The notes beneath the pieces are model-generated. The model searched no databases. It had not been told where the DNA came from and saw only the letters and a list, made by a program, of their open reading frames with translations. Both the position numbers and the translations under genes were made by a program. Positions 8,796 to 23,265 of a DNA stretch of 64,000 bases are shown in pieces. The stretch is from Vicinamibacteria bacterium (GTDB lineage: Bacteria > Acidobacteriota > Vicinamibacteria > Marinacidobacterales > Marinacidobacteraceae), in the NCBI GenBank assembly GCA_963555995.3, contig OY821641.1, forward strand, positions 1,056,001 through 1,120,000. Reading direction: 5' to 3'. Position 1 is the stretch's first letter, and every line of letters starts with the position of its first letter.

Positions 8796-11081
8796 CTACC
8801 GGCCGCCCGCGCCGTCGCCCGCGAGCGAGACCGGCTCGACGCTGCTGACGAAGAGCACGTCGTTCGCCGCCCGGTAGCGGCGGAGTTCCGCCCCGGCGCC
8901 GGCTTCCCGTAACGTCCCCGCCGGGATTCCGGCGATCACCAGGTCGGCCCGCGAGGAGCGCTGCGAGACCTCGCGTTCGAGGTCCTCGTCGCTCTGGTAG
9001 CCGATCGTCGTCCGGTTCTGTTCCGAGATGGGTAGGCGCTCCTCGGACACCAGCCTCGCCAGGTCGTGGGTCTGGTGCTCGCTGGAGCCGAGATCACGGC
9101 ATTCGAAGACCTCGATTTCCGCCCGCTTCCATTCCGGATGTCCCACGATGATGTAGGCGAGCAGCAGCATCAGGGGCGCGCTGTCGAAGTTGTCTTCGGT
9201 CAGCCAGAGGTGGATGGACGAGCGATAGCCGAAGCGGTGCCGGGTGGAACGCAGGACCAGGGCGTTGAATCCGGCATCCACCGCCGTCCGGGCGCCCTCC
9301 GCGGTTTCGGGGATTTCGTCCTCGCGCGAGCTGGCGAACTCCAGCAGCAGGCAGTTGTTGGGGAGCCCCGAGATCCCCGGCATCTGGAGCGTCTGGGTGA
9401 GCGCCAGCGGGAACGACGGGCTGATGAGCGAGTCCACATAGACGCCGGCGCCGCTGATCTCCGTCTGCCCGATCAGGCTGCGCACCTCGGTCCGCGCCCG
9501 CCGCGCGGTCTCGCGCGAATAGTCCCCCTCGAAGTAGTGGACGAAATGGCCGAAGCCGTGGTGGTGGCTGATCCAGCGCAGGAGATCGAAGTGGCCGAGC
9601 CGTTCCCCGTGCCGGGTGACCGCGACCACGGACGGCCGCCAGCCCCCGGGGGAACGCTCCACGAGATTCTGCTGGAGAGTGATCTTCAGCCGGCGGGTGA
9701 GCTGGAACATGGTCCCCTGGAAGATCGCCGCCAGGTCCCGCTCGCCGCGCCGTGACCGGCTCAGCCCCACGTAGATGAGCCCCATCAGGAAGAACGAGAC
9801 GAGCGCATAGAAGACGTCCATCCGCAGCATCAGGACGGTGCACATGAGCGCCCCGAGGAGCGACACGTACCAGCGGGTGCGGAAGGTCGGGCGATAGGAC
9901 GGATTGCCGGCGAAGTACTCCAGGAAGGAAACCGTGCAGAGCGCGCCGTAGGTCACCAGGAAGAACATGGTGAGGATCTGGGCGATGAAGTCCACGTCGC
10001 CGATCACCACGAAGAAGATCGCGATCGCACCGGACACCGCGGCGGCCCAACGCGGTTCTCCGGCGGCGCCGAATCCTCTGGCGAGGAGGCGGTTCACGGC
10101 CGGGAAGGGCACGACGTCGTCCTGGGCGAGGGCCTGGAGGGTGCGGGGCGCGACCAGGATCGAGCCGAGCGCCGAGGAGAGCGTGGCGGCGGCCAGCCCG
10201 ATATAGACCGACGGGCCCCAGACCGCGATCCGCGCCATGATGAACTGATCGGCGTGGAGTTCCTCCGGGTTGACGCTGACCGCCAGCTTGATGGCGATCA
10301 GGATGTAGATCGCCATCCCGGCGAAGGTCGCGGCGATCGTCCCCAGCGGGATGCTCCGGCGCGGGTTCTTCAGGTCGCCCGAAAGGCCGAGCCCGGCGAT
10401 CATTCCGGTGAATGCCGGAAAGATGATGGCGAAGACCACCGCGAAGCTGTGGGGACTGGAGTTCGTTGCGGTCAGGCTGAACGCTTCCGGCCGGATCGCC
10501 TCCGGAGCCGATCCGAACAGCACGGAGGCGATGGAGCCGCCCAGGATCACGCAGACCACCCACAGCACCCGGACTCCGAGCGCCGCGCCCTTGGTCAGCA
10601 CGAGGACGAGCAGGGCCGCCGTGGCGGGGAGGCTCACGAACCGCGGGTCCACCGCGACGTTCCAGGCGCCTCCGATCCACGCGTAAACGGGGCCGAAGGC
10701 CTCGGCGAAGGCGACGGTGTAAAAGGCCACCGAGATGGCCTGGGACAGGTAGAGGGTGATCCCGATCACCCCCCCGATCCGGGTGCCGAAGGAACGGCTG
10801 ATGATGTAGTAGGCGCCCCCGCCGGCCACCCGGCGGTTCGTGGCGATCTCGGACACCGCGAGCACGGTGGGGATGGTGACGAGATGGGCGATGGCGATGA
10901 TCAGCAGGGTGCCCAGCAGCCCGACGTCCGAGACGGCGTAGCCGAACCGCAGGAAGAGGATCGCCCCGAGGATGGTGCTGATCGAGGCCAGGAAGACCGG
11001 AGCGGTGCCGAAACCGTGCCCGGTCGTCGTTCTGCCGGGGGGCGGGTTCTGGCGGTCGTTCACTGGATGGAATTCCAACAC
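8796..11081 (-). CDS. Cation-chloride cotransporter (CCC/SLC12-like, APC superfamily)
   Basis: ISTILGAILFLRFG, GGGAYYIISRSFG and FPAFTGMIAGLGLSGDLKNPRRSIPLGT motifs plus a soluble C-terminal domain. Confidence 0.88.
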   Translation of the reverse strand: MLEFHPVNDRQNPPPGRTTTGHGFGTAPVFLASISTILGAILFLRFGYAVSDVGLLGTLLIIAIAHLVTIPTVLAVSEIATNRRVAGGGAYYIISRSFGTRIGGVIGITLYLSQAISVAFYTVAFAEAFGPVYAWIGGAWNVAVDPRFVSLPATAALLVLVLTKGAALGVRVLWVVCVILGGSIASVLFGSAPEAIRPEAFSLTATNSSPHSFAVVFAIIFPAFTGMIAGLGLSGDLKNPRRSIPLGTIAATFAGMAIYILIAIKLAVSVNPEELHADQFIMARIAVWGPSVYIGLAAATLSSALGSILVAPRTLQALAQDDVVPFPAVNRLLARGFGAAGEPRWAAAVSGAIAIFFVVIGDVDFIAQILTMFFLVTYGALCTVSFLEYFAGNPSYRPTFRTRWYVSLLGALMCTVLMLRMDVFYALVSFFLMGLIYVGLSRSRRGERDLAAIFQGTMFQLTRRLKITLQQNLVERSPGGWRPSVVAVTRHGERLGHFDLLRWISHHHGFGHFVHYFEGDYSRETARRARTEVRSLIGQTEISGAGVYVDSLISPSFPLALTQTLQMPGISGLPNNCLLLEFASSREDEIPETAEGARTAVDAGFNALVLRSTRHRFGYRSSIHLWLTEDNFDSAPLMLLLAYIIVGHPEWKRAEIEVFECRDLGSSEHQTHDLARLVSEERLPISEQNRTTIGYQSDEDLEREVSQRSSRADLVIAGIPAGTLREAGAGAELRRYRAANDVLFVSSVEPVSLAGDGAGGR

Positions 11082-11150
11082 GTTCGCGGGGAGCGGTGAC
11101 GGATCCCGCCGGATCGAGCGCCCACCGCGCTCAGCGCCGAGCCGGAACGG

Positions 11151-12545
11151 CTACCTCCCTCCGTCCGATCCGCCGCCCTTCTCGGATGCGTAGTACTCGT
11201 TGGTCTTCTTCGCGACCACCCCGCCCAGGAACAGGAGCCCGATCAGGTTGGGGAAGGCCATGAACCCGTTGAGCAGGGTGCCCACGTTCCAGACCGTCTC
11301 CACGGTCACCAGACCGCCGATCAGGAGCAGGGCCACGTAGATGATCCGGTAGGGGAAGATGCCCTTCCGCCCGAACATGTACTCCCAGCAGGTCTCGCCG
11401 TAGTAGTACCAGCCGATGATCGTCGAGAAGCCGAACAGGAAGGACGAGATCGCGATCACCAGCGGGGCGACGCCGATCGAGGTGGAGAAGGCCGCCGCGG
11501 TGAGGTCGCCGCTCGCTGCCTGATACTCCGCCGCCTGCCACATTCCGGACGAGAGGACCGCGAACGCGGTCATGCTGCACACCACGATGGTGTCAATGAA
11601 CACCTCGAAGACGCCCACGAGGCCCTGATCGGCCGGGTGCTTCACCTGTGCGATCCCGTGGGCGATCGGGGCGCTTCCCAGACCGGCTTCGTTGGACAGC
11701 ACCCCGCGGCTGATGCCGGCCGCGATCGCCTGGCGGACCGTGACGCCGAGGAATCCGCCGGCCGCCGCGTGCGGCTGCAAGGCGTACTCGAAGATGGTCG
11801 CGAAGACGCCCGGCAGCGCCGTGATGTTCATCAGCAGATACGTGAGGGACATTCCCAGGTAGAGGACGAGCATCGTGGGAACGAGCTTTTCCGCCACCGA
11901 AGCGATCCGGTGGATGCCGCCGAGCAGGACGGCGCCCACCGCCACCGTAATGAGGAGCCCCGGAACCCAGGGAGAGACTTCCAACCCGAAGCCGGCGGCG
12001 GCTTCGACGAAGGTCCGGACGATCGTGTTCGACTGGGCCATGTTGCCCGTCCCGAGGAGCGCGGTGGCGGCCCCGAAGACGCAGAACATCATCGCGAGCA
12101 CCTTCGCGATCCGGGGCGACTTGACGCCCGCCATGATGTAGTACATCGGGCCGCTGGCGAACGCGCCCGACTCCTTCTTCACCCGGTAGGTGACGCCGAG
12201 CACCGCCTCCGCGTACTTGGTGGCCATCCCGAAGACGGCGGTGACCCACATCCAGAAGATGGCGCCCGGCCCTCCCACGAGGATCGCGGTCGCCACGCCG
12301 CCGATGTTCCCGTTCCCCACGGTGGAGGCGAGCGCGGTGGACAGCGCCTGGAAGGGGGTGATCTCGCCCTCGCCCTCCTGGTCGTGGGACATGCCGCGCA
12401 CCACCCGCTTGACCCCGCCGACGAAGCCGCGGACCTGGACGAAGCCGGTGCGGATGGTCAGGTAGAGCCCGCAGGTCACGAGCAGGAGGGGCAGGGCGTA
12501 CCACTGGTAGATGGCGTTCGACGCCCAGGCAATGAATTCGCTCAT
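11151..12545 (-). CDS. Alanine/glycine:cation symporter (AGCS family)
   Basis: ALASTVGNGNIGGVATAI...GGPGAIFWMW and SNEAGLGSAPIAH motifs. Confidence 0.95.
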   Translation of the reverse strand: MSEFIAWASNAIYQWYALPLLLVTCGLYLTIRTGFVQVRGFVGGVKRVVRGMSHDQEGEGEITPFQALSTALASTVGNGNIGGVATAILVGGPGAIFWMWVTAVFGMATKYAEAVLGVTYRVKKESGAFASGPMYYIMAGVKSPRIAKVLAMMFCVFGAATALLGTGNMAQSNTIVRTFVEAAAGFGLEVSPWVPGLLITVAVGAVLLGGIHRIASVAEKLVPTMLVLYLGMSLTYLLMNITALPGVFATIFEYALQPHAAAGGFLGVTVRQAIAAGISRGVLSNEAGLGSAPIAHGIAQVKHPADQGLVGVFEVFIDTIVVCSMTAFAVLSSGMWQAAEYQAASGDLTAAAFSTSIGVAPLVIAISSFLFGFSTIIGWYYYGETCWEYMFGRKGIFPYRIIYVALLLIGGLVTVETVWNVGTLLNGFMAFPNLIGLLFLGGVVAKKTNEYYASEKGGGSDGGR

Positions 12546-12572
12546 GGTGTTTCCTTCAAGAAGAGGACGCGA

Positions 12573-13925
<1,353 letters not shown>

Positions 13926-13948
13926 GTTCTATTCCTTTCCTGTTCAGG

Positions 13949-14785
13949 TCAGTTGCCCAGCGGCACGATCTCGCCGCTCCCGGACACCCGAAAGACAGTC
14001 CGTGCGTGGGCGTCAGCGACCAGGAGATCGCCGTCGGCAGTGACCGCAATGCCCTGGGGACTGACGAGTGGCTCGCCGCGGGCGTGCACCGAGACCCGCC
14101 CTTCCGGGCTGATCTTCCAGATGCAGCGGGCGTAGCCGTCGGTCACGAAGAATCCTCCGTCGGGGGCCCGCGCGAAGTCGTGGGGGAACTCGAACGGCGG
14201 TGACTGCACGAGTGGCTCCCCGTCGCCGCCGTCCATCCGCAGCACGTTGCGGTCGGTGAGCACGTGGAGGGCCCCGTCGCTCTCGGCCAGGATGGCCCGC
14301 GGTGCGCGGACCGTGGCGACCTCCTCGATGGAGTCCGGCCGCACCCGGCGCAGCCGCTGCGTTACCCGGTCCACCGCCAGGATGTCCCCCGAGGGAGCGA
14401 CGGCGATCCCCCAGGGGGTCACGAACCCGGCGTCGTCGGGGATGGCGGTGATCTCTCCCGACGCCGTGATCCGATAGAGCGCCATCGTCGCGGGATCGCT
14501 GGCCAGGACGGTTCCGTCCCCGGTGGGAGCGATGTGCCGGATGCCGAAGAGCGGCGTCCTGGGCAGCCCCTCGCCCCTCGCCACCACCTCGAACCCGCTG
14601 CCGCTCCAGCGCAGCAGCGCCGCCGCCTCGATGTCGGCGACGTAGATCTCTCCGCCGGGCCCGACCGCAACGTCCACCGGGTAGCGGAGGTCTTCGGCGG
14701 GGGCCGCGGTCCCGAGAAGAAGCCCGAATGCCAGCGGGGTCAGCAGGTTTCCGACCCTGATCCAGACACCTGGAAGGAGTTGCAA
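13949..14785 (-). CDS. Exported NHL/Vgb-like beta-propeller protein
   Basis: Repeated P-x-G/D-I/V-A...G-x-I/L-x-V-A-D blades; signal-like N-terminus; start uncertain. Confidence 0.75.
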   Translation of the reverse strand: MQLLPGVWIRVGNLLTPLAFGLLLGTAAPAEDLRYPVDVAVGPGGEIYVADIEAAALLRWSGSGFEVVARGEGLPRTPLFGIRHIAPTGDGTVLASDPATMALYRITASGEITAIPDDAGFVTPWGIAVAPSGDILAVDRVTQRLRRVRPDSIEEVATVRAPRAILAESDGALHVLTDRNVLRMDGGDGEPLVQSPPFEFPHDFARAPDGGFFVTDGYARCIWKISPEGRVSVHARGEPLVSPQGIAVTADGDLLVADAHARTVFRVSGSGEIVPLGN

Positions 14786-15075
14786 GAGAAGATTCTGGCC
14801 GCGCGCCGGGGTGCGAGTCTAACAGCCTCGGGCAGGGCCGCTTTGGTAAAATTGCCGCCTTCCGGCAGCGCGCAAAAGCGGGTTCGGAGCGGGTTCTCCG
14901 GCCCCGCGGCGAGGAGTTCCCGCCTGTCCTTCCGCCGACAGGCGGCTGCGCCAGCCGGCCGCTCCGGCCGCAAGGCTCCGGAGCAGCGCCTACTCGCGGT
15001 GTCCGCCTGACGCCGGCCCCCGCGTACCCGGCCAGAAGCCGCGACCGGCCCTTTCCCCGACTGGAGATCCTGCCC

Positions 15076-17118
<2,043 letters not shown>

Positions 17119-17129
17119 GACCGCGCGAC

Positions 17130-17157
17130 GGCTGGGAACGCCGGCTTCAGCCGGCAC
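17130..17157. repeat. Single REP-like hairpin between convergent genes
   Basis: GGGAACGCCGGCTTCAGCCGGCAC. Confidence 0.7.
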
Positions 17158-17223
17158 CCGCTGCGCTCAGTGCAGCGGCAGGCCCCCTCATCCGCGTGGT
17201 CGCGGGCGACAGCTGTCGCCGCG

Positions 17224-18036
17224 CTACGCCGCGCGCCGCGCTTCCCGGATCGTCTGGTAGGCCTTCTGGATCTCCTGGGTGCGACGGGTGGCCTCGTCCT
17301 TCATCTCCTCGGGCAACCCCTGCGCCGCCAGCCGGTCGGGGTGGTGCTGCCGCATGAGCCGGCGGTAGCTGGAGCGGATCTCGTCGTCGCTGGCGGACCG
17401 TTCCGCGCCGAGCACCCCGTAGGCCTCCTTGAGCTTCTCCTCCGGGGAGGGGCCCCGGGGCCGCATTCCCGCGGAGGCCACCCGCTCCATCTGGGCCATC
17501 TCGGCGCGCGAGAAGCCGAGGAACGCTCCGATGTGGTCGAGGATCCGGCGTTCCTCCGGATGGATGGCGCCGTCCGCCCAGGCCGCCTTGAACTGGATCT
17601 CCATGAACGCCCGGAGCAGGTTCCGGCGCCGCCCGGCCACCTGGACGAGCTGCGAGAGCGCGTCGTCGAGATTGAACCGCGGTGACTTGCCCTCGTTGAA
17701 GATGCGCGCCGCGAGGTTACGGTCCCGGGCGTCGAGCCCGAGCCCCGCCATCACCTCCCGCGCGAGCTGGGCTTCCTCCTCGCTGACGTGGCCGTCGGCC
17801 TTGGCGATGTGGCCCATGACCCCGAAAGTGGCTACGAAGAACGCCACCCGGCGCTGCTCGTGGTTGTTCCCGGCCGGCGGCGGGGGAGGGGGCGCACCCG
17901 GTCCCTGGCCCGGAACCGAATGCATCCGGGCCGAGCCCGACATGCTCGACCCGATGGCGGCGCCCAGCATCGCGCCGAGCGGACCACCCAAGGTCCATCC
18001 GAGCGTCCCGCCGATCAGCGTGCCCCAAAAACCCAT
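17224..18036 (-). CDS. djlA: Co-chaperone DjlA (TM + TerB-like + J domain)
   Basis: N-terminal Gly-rich TM, MGHIAKADGHVSEEE, C-terminal J domain with HPD. Confidence 0.92.
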   Translation of the reverse strand: MGFWGTLIGGTLGWTLGGPLGAMLGAAIGSSMSGSARMHSVPGQGPGAPPPPPPAGNNHEQRRVAFFVATFGVMGHIAKADGHVSEEEAQLAREVMAGLGLDARDRNLAARIFNEGKSPRFNLDDALSQLVQVAGRRRNLLRAFMEIQFKAAWADGAIHPEERRILDHIGAFLGFSRAEMAQMERVASAGMRPRGPSPEEKLKEAYGVLGAERSASDDEIRSSYRRLMRQHHPDRLAAQGLPEEMKDEATRRTQEIQKAYQTIREARRAA

Positions 18037-18339
18037 CTTGTTGGTCGATTCGCCGGAAGCCTGAGCGTGTCTGCGTGGTCCATCGGCGGGAATCCTAGAA
18101 CGATCCGGCCCTCACACCGGTATTCTTCCGCGCCGCCGCGCATGCCGCGCGGCCAGGAACCAGATGTCTACCTCGGGTCGCACGGCGCCAACCACGAATG
18201 GAAGGACCGACGGGGTGCGTCTTGCGGGCGCGGTGGCGAGCCCCTGATGCAGTCCCGGCGGCGCCAATCCACGCCTTGACCGGTCGGCAACTTCTACGCG
18301 ACACCCCAGGACACCTCGGAAAGAGATCGCAGGGCGGAC

Positions 18340-18879
18340 ATGACCATCAAGACGGGCAAGGAGACGCCCACCTCCCGAGAGTCGGCGGTTCTTCGCAAGG
18401 TCCGGATCATGCTGCTCGGGATCGTCGCCCTTGGCATCACCGGCACGAGCGTGGAGTTGACGCTGCTCGGACATTTCGAAGAGCCGGCCCAGAGCGTTCC
18501 CTTGATCGTGTTGTCGGGCTGCCTCGCTGTCATCATCTGGCACTTCCTGTCGCCGACCGCCACCAGCGTCCGGATGACGCGGGTGATGATGATGCTCTTG
18601 ATCGTGACCGCGATTGCCGGCATTGGCTACCACTTCCTGGGAAACCTGGAGTTCAAGCGGGAGTTGTACCCGGAGCTCGCAGGCATGGATCTCTTCGTGG
18701 AATCCGTGACGGGAGTGACGCCCGTGTTCGCCCCCGGTTCCATGCTGCTGCTGGGCTTCATCGGCTTGACGCATACGTTCCGGGACCCGTGCCTCACCCG
18801 GGATCGAGCACGAACGGAGGAGTCAGGCGTCCAGCAGCCGGCGGATGCCCGGTTCCCCCACGCTGGCGCCGGTAAGTAG
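18340..18879 (+). CDS. Hypothetical membrane protein (about 4 TM)
   Basis: Four hydrophobic segments, ELTLLGH motif; overlaps the 3' end of the convergent gene by 57 bp. Confidence 0.7.
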   Translation: MTIKTGKETPTSRESAVLRKVRIMLLGIVALGITGTSVELTLLGHFEEPAQSVPLIVLSGCLAVIIWHFLSPTATSVRMTRVMMMLLIVTAIAGIGYHFLGNLEFKRELYPELAGMDLFVESVTGVTPVFAPGSMLLLGFIGLTHTFRDPCLTRDRARTEESGVQQPADARFPHAGAGK

Positions 18880-19797
18880 GGCCACGCTGAGGCCGCGCTC
18901 TTCCCCCGGCACCATCCGGGCGGCGGCGGCCGCCAGCGCCCCCGACGGCTCGGTGACGATCTTCTGGCCCAGCAGCAGGTCCCGCGAGGTCGCGAGGGTG
19001 TCCTCGTCCGGGACCAGCACCGTCCGGTCCACGAGACCCGCGAGCGCCGGGTAGAGCTCCTCGGTCAGGTACGGCACGGCGGCCCCGTCACAGACCGTCT
19101 CGCACGGGGCCGACACCGCGCGTCCGGCCTCCAGGCTGTGGTGGAGCGCCGCACACCCGGCCGGCTCCACCGCGAAGATGCGGATGTCCGGACGCCGGTC
19201 CTTCAGCGCCCCGGCCACCCCGGTCAGCAGGCCGCCGCCGCCCACCGGGATGAAAACCGATGCGACATCCGGCGCCGCTTCCAGCAACTCGACGGCGAGG
19301 CTGGCGTGCCCCCGGTGGACCATGGGGCAGGTCCAGGGATGGACGAACAGGTAGGGCTCGTCCTCCCAGAGGTGTTCCTTCAGGAACCGGAACAGTTCGG
19401 GAACCGGGACGAGGCGCGGCGTCCCGCCGGCCGCCCGGAACCCCTCGATCTTCGCCGGCGGCGCGGTCTCCGGCAGCAGCGAGAACGCCGGGACCCCGCG
19501 CCGCCGGGCCGCCCAGGCGAGCGCCAGCGCCGTGTTCCCGGCGCTGACCGTGGAGAGGCCGGACGCCACGCGCTTGTCGCTCAGTTGGGAGACCGCGTCC
19601 CAGATGCCCCGCACCTTGAAGGAACCCGTCGGGAGCAGCGTGTCCGCCTTCAGGAGCAGGTCGTCCGCGAGTTCCGGCCCGGCGCGAAGGAGCGGACTCG
19701 GCGGGAACACCTGCCGGAGCCGGGCCGCCGCCGCCTCGGCGTCCGTCCAACCCGGAGCCGCGATCGTCTCTACCCCGCCGGCGGAGGCGTCACCCAT
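18823..19797 (-). CDS. PLP-dependent threonine/serine dehydratase-family enzyme
   Basis: TGSFKVRG, SAGN, PVGGGGL and EPSGA motifs; real gene is the C-terminal part of the listed 1532-aa ORF; alternative start 19836. Confidence 0.88.
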   Translation of the reverse strand: MGDASAGGVETIAAPGWTDAEAAAARLRQVFPPSPLLRAGPELADDLLLKADTLLPTGSFKVRGIWDAVSQLSDKRVASGLSTVSAGNTALALAWAARRRGVPAFSLLPETAPPAKIEGFRAAGGTPRLVPVPELFRFLKEHLWEDEPYLFVHPWTCPMVHRGHASLAVELLEAAPDVASVFIPVGGGGLLTGVAGALKDRRPDIRIFAVEPAGCAALHHSLEAGRAVSAPCETVCDGAAVPYLTEELYPALAGLVDRTVLVPDEDTLATSRDLLLGQKIVTEPSGALAAAAARMVPGEERGLSVALLTGASVGEPGIRRLLDA

Positions 19798-19899
19798 CCC
19801 GTTTCCGGACGGAAGTGACTCGCAGGGCCCGGTCATGAGCGCCGTTATTATGCGATCCGGCCGCTCGTCCCCGAGAGCGCTGCCCCCGGAGGAGACCCC

Positions 19900-22800
19900 A
19901 TGAGGAATCCGCTGACGAATCCGCTGACGAATCCGTTCATTCCGCCCGCCCCGGCGCGTTTGCCACGCCGCCTCGTTCCGATCGCTGCCTTGCTGCTGTT
20001 CGCCACCACCGCCGCCGCCCAGCAGGGCGGCCGCACCGACGATTCGGGCTGGGACACCACCCTCGCCCGGGGCGACGCCTACGACCTCGTGTTCGAGACC
20101 ACCGAGGGCACCTTCATGTCCCTCGACGTCTCGCCGGATGGCGCTTCCATCGTCTTCGACCTGCTCGGCCACGTCTACCGGGTGCCGATCACCGGCGGGC
20201 GGGCGGAATGCCTGACCCAGAACAGCGGGGTGGCGGTGAACTACCACCCGCGCTGGTCGCCCGACGGCGGGACCATCGCCTTTGTTTCGGACCGGGGCGG
20301 GCAGTCGAACCTCTGGCTCATGGACGCCGACGGCGGCAACCCGCGGGCGGTCCACCAGGACCCCGAGTCGCGGGTCGCCACCCCCGCCTGGCTCCCGAAC
20401 GGGCAGGGGATCGTGGCCCGCTGGAACACCCTCGGCCGGCCGCGCCGGTCGGGCCTCTACCTCTTCCACCCCGATGGCGGGAGCGGGGTGGAACTGGTGG
20501 ACGGCGCCGAGTACGGGCGGGCGAGCTGGCCGGCCCCGTCGGGCCACGGGACCCTCTATTTCCACTTCGCGCCCTCCTCCGAGCGCGACCTGGTCCGGGG
20601 CGCCATGCAGATCCGGGAACTCGACCTCGAGACCGGCAAGGTCTATGACGTGACCGAGGGGCAGTCGCAGCAGCAGTACCAGGGGTCGAGCGGCGGCGCG
20701 ATCGCGCCGGAGCCCTCCCCCGACGGACGCTGGCTTGCCTTCGCGCGCCGGATTCCCGGCGGCACGATCTCGTTCAAGGGCCACCGGTTCGGACCCCGCA
20801 CCGCGCTCTTCCTGCGCGACCTCCACACCGGCGCCGAGCGCCTGCTCGCCGACCCCATCGAGACCGACCTCGCCGAGGGGATGAAGACCGAGCGCGTCCT
20901 CCCCGGCTATTCCTGGAGCCCGGACAGCTCCGCCATCTACGTGCTGCGCGGGGGACGGATCGTCCGGGTGGACGCCGCCAGCGGCGCCACCGAGGAAGTC
21001 CCGTTCGTCGCCGAGGTGCGCCGCCGGGTCTCCGAGCAGGCTCGGGCGGAGTTCGACATCTCGGGGGACACCTTCCGGGCCCGGATGATTCGCTGGCCGG
21101 CGGTTTCGCCGGACGGTTCGGTGGCGGTCTTCCACGCCGCCGGGCGGCTCTACCGGATGACGCTGCCGGACGGCGCTCCCGAGCGGCTGATCGAGGGCGA
21201 CGATCCCGCCTACGAGCTGTCGCCCGCCTTTTCGCCGGACGGCGTCACCGTCGCCTACACCTCCTGGGACGACACGGACGGGCACCTCCTGACGGTGCCG
21301 GCCGGTGGCGGTGTCCCCACCCGCCTCACCGAGACCTCCTCGGAGTACATCCACCCGGTGTGGACGCCCGACGGGAGCGCCATCGTGGTGGCGCAGGGCA
21401 CCGGCGCCCCGGCGCGCGGCCGCTCCTGGTCGCAGAACCTCCGCTACGACCTGGTCAGCGTTCCCGCCGCCGGCGGCGAGGCGACCGTCATCACCAGGAC
21501 GCTCCGCCCCTTCAACGCGGGCCGGCCGCTGATGCCGCGCCGGCAGATCGTGGCGCCCTCCTTTGGGCCCGACGGCCGCCTCTTCTTCCCCGAGCAGGAC
21601 AGTTGGGAGCGCGGCGGCCAGCGCGAGGACGTGACCCGGCTGGTCTCGGTACAGCCCGACGGCTCGGACCGGCGGGTCCACCTGACCTTCCCCTTCGCCG
21701 ACGAGGCGGCTCCCTCCCCGGACGGGCGCTGGGTGGCGTTCTCCGAAGGCGACAACGTCTACGTCACCGCGCTCCCCTGGCCGGGGGCCGGCAAGGAGGC
21801 CCCCCACATCGAGCGCCGGAGGGCTTCGCTGCCGATCCGCACCGTCACCCAGGACGGCGGGATGTTCCCCCGCTGGACGCCGGACGGCCTGCTCTACCTC
21901 GGCAGCGGTCCGCGCATCACCACCTACGACCCCGACAGCGAGGAGACGACCCGCCACGAGATCACCCTCGACCTCCCCCGCCAGCGGGGGAAGGGCTCGG
22001 CGGTCCTGACCGGAGCCCGCATCGTGACCCTCGGCGACCAGGGGACCCTCGAGGAAGGCGTCGTCCGGATCGTGGACGGCCGGATCGCCTGCGTCGGGGA
22101 CTGCGCGGCGGCCGACGGGGACCGCGAGATCAATGTCTCCGGGAAGACGATCGTCCCGGGTTTCATCGACATGCACGCCCACCACCACCGGGACCACACC
22201 GGGGTGTTCCCGCGCCGCAACTGGGAGGCGGGTGTCTATCTCGCCTACGGGATGACCACCACCCTCGACAACTCGCAGTGGTCCCAGAACGTCTTCGCCG
22301 CCGCCGAACTGGTCGAGGCTGGCGAGATGGTCGGACCGCGCATGTACAGCACCGGCGATCCCATGTACAACGGCGACGGCTCGCGGCAGAACGACATCCG
22401 CAGCTACCAGGACGCCGAGAACAACATCGAACGGCTGACGTCGTGGGGCGCCACCGCGATCAAGTCCTACATGCAGCCCCGCCGCGACCAGCGGCAGTGG
22501 ATCGCCGACATCTCGCGCGAGCGGAAGCTGATGCTCACCGGCGAGGGCGGCAGCCTGGTCTACAACGTGGGGCTGATCCTCGACGGCCAGACCGCCTGGG
22601 AGCACCCGCTCACCTACATCCCGCTCTACGCGGACGCCGCCAAGTTCTTCGGGCGCACGAAGACCGTCTATTCGATCACCTTCGTGGTCGGCGGCCCTTC
22701 CGTCTGGAACGAGGAGTACTTCTGGCAGGAGACCGCGAACTGGGAGGACCCCAAGCAGCAGCGCTGGCTGCCGTGGCGGATGCTGATCCCGCATACGAGG

Positions 22801-23265
22801 CGGCGTCCGCTGCGCCCCGAGACCGACTACAGCTTCCCGCTGCTCGCCCAGGGTCTCCAGGACATCGTGGACGAGGGCGGTTCGGGGGCCATCGGCGCCC
22901 ACGGCCAGCACCACGGCATCGGTTCGCACTGGGAGATCTGGATGGCCGAGCCGGCGATGGGCGCCGAGGGGGCGCTGGACTTGGCGAGCCGGCAGGGCGC
23001 CGCGTTCCTCGGGCTGGAGCACGAGCTCGGGACCGTCGAGGACGGCAAGCTCGCCGATCTCGTGGTGCTGGACCGGAACCCGCTGGACGACATCCGGGCC
23101 ACCGCCGACATCCACCTGGTGGTCAAGGACGGCCGCATCTACGACGGGGACACCCTCGACGAGATCTGGCCCGATGAGCGGTCCTACGGCGGCTATCCGT
23201 GGCTCCAGGAGGAGATGTTCCGCAGCGACGACCGGCCGATCCGTCCGAACGGAGAAGATCGTTGA
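19900..23265 (+). CDS. Exported TolB/PD40 beta-propeller + amidohydrolase fusion
   Basis: Signal peptide; many P.WSPDG repeats; PGFIDMHAH and GTVEDGKLADLVVL motifs. Confidence 0.92.
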   Translation: MRNPLTNPLTNPFIPPAPARLPRRLVPIAALLLFATTAAAQQGGRTDDSGWDTTLARGDAYDLVFETTEGTFMSLDVSPDGASIVFDLLGHVYRVPITGGRAECLTQNSGVAVNYHPRWSPDGGTIAFVSDRGGQSNLWLMDADGGNPRAVHQDPESRVATPAWLPNGQGIVARWNTLGRPRRSGLYLFHPDGGSGVELVDGAEYGRASWPAPSGHGTLYFHFAPSSERDLVRGAMQIRELDLETGKVYDVTEGQSQQQYQGSSGGAIAPEPSPDGRWLAFARRIPGGTISFKGHRFGPRTALFLRDLHTGAERLLADPIETDLAEGMKTERVLPGYSWSPDSSAIYVLRGGRIVRVDAASGATEEVPFVAEVRRRVSEQARAEFDISGDTFRARMIRWPAVSPDGSVAVFHAAGRLYRMTLPDGAPERLIEGDDPAYELSPAFSPDGVTVAYTSWDDTDGHLLTVPAGGGVPTRLTETSSEYIHPVWTPDGSAIVVAQGTGAPARGRSWSQNLRYDLVSVPAAGGEATVITRTLRPFNAGRPLMPRRQIVAPSFGPDGRLFFPEQDSWERGGQREDVTRLVSVQPDGSDRRVHLTFPFADEAAPSPDGRWVAFSEGDNVYVTALPWPGAGKEAPHIERRRASLPIRTVTQDGGMFPRWTPDGLLYLGSGPRITTYDPDSEETTRHEITLDLPRQRGKGSAVLTGARIVTLGDQGTLEEGVVRIVDGRIACVGDCAAADGDREINVSGKTIVPGFIDMHAHHHRDHTGVFPRRNWEAGVYLAYGMTTTLDNSQWSQNVFAAAELVEAGEMVGPRMYSTGDPMYNGDGSRQNDIRSYQDAENNIERLTSWGATAIKSYMQPRRDQRQWIADISRERKLMLTGEGGSLVYNVGLILDGQTAWEHPLTYIPLYADAAKFFGRTKTVYSITFVVGGPSVWNEEYFWQETANWEDPKQQRWLPWRMLIPHTRRRPLRPETDYSFPLLAQGLQDIVDEGGSGAIGAHGQHHGIGSHWEIWMAEPAMGAEGALDLASRQGAAFLGLEHELGTVEDGKLADLVVLDRNPLDDIRATADIHLVVKDGRIYDGDTLDEIWPDERSYGGYPWLQEEMFRSDDRPIRPNGEDR

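Noticed and set aside
19905-19940. 12-bp tandem repeat GAATCCGCTGAC at the start of the amidohydrolase gene
   Set aside because: It is in frame, 2-3 copies in the signal-peptide n-region; likely neutral slippage.
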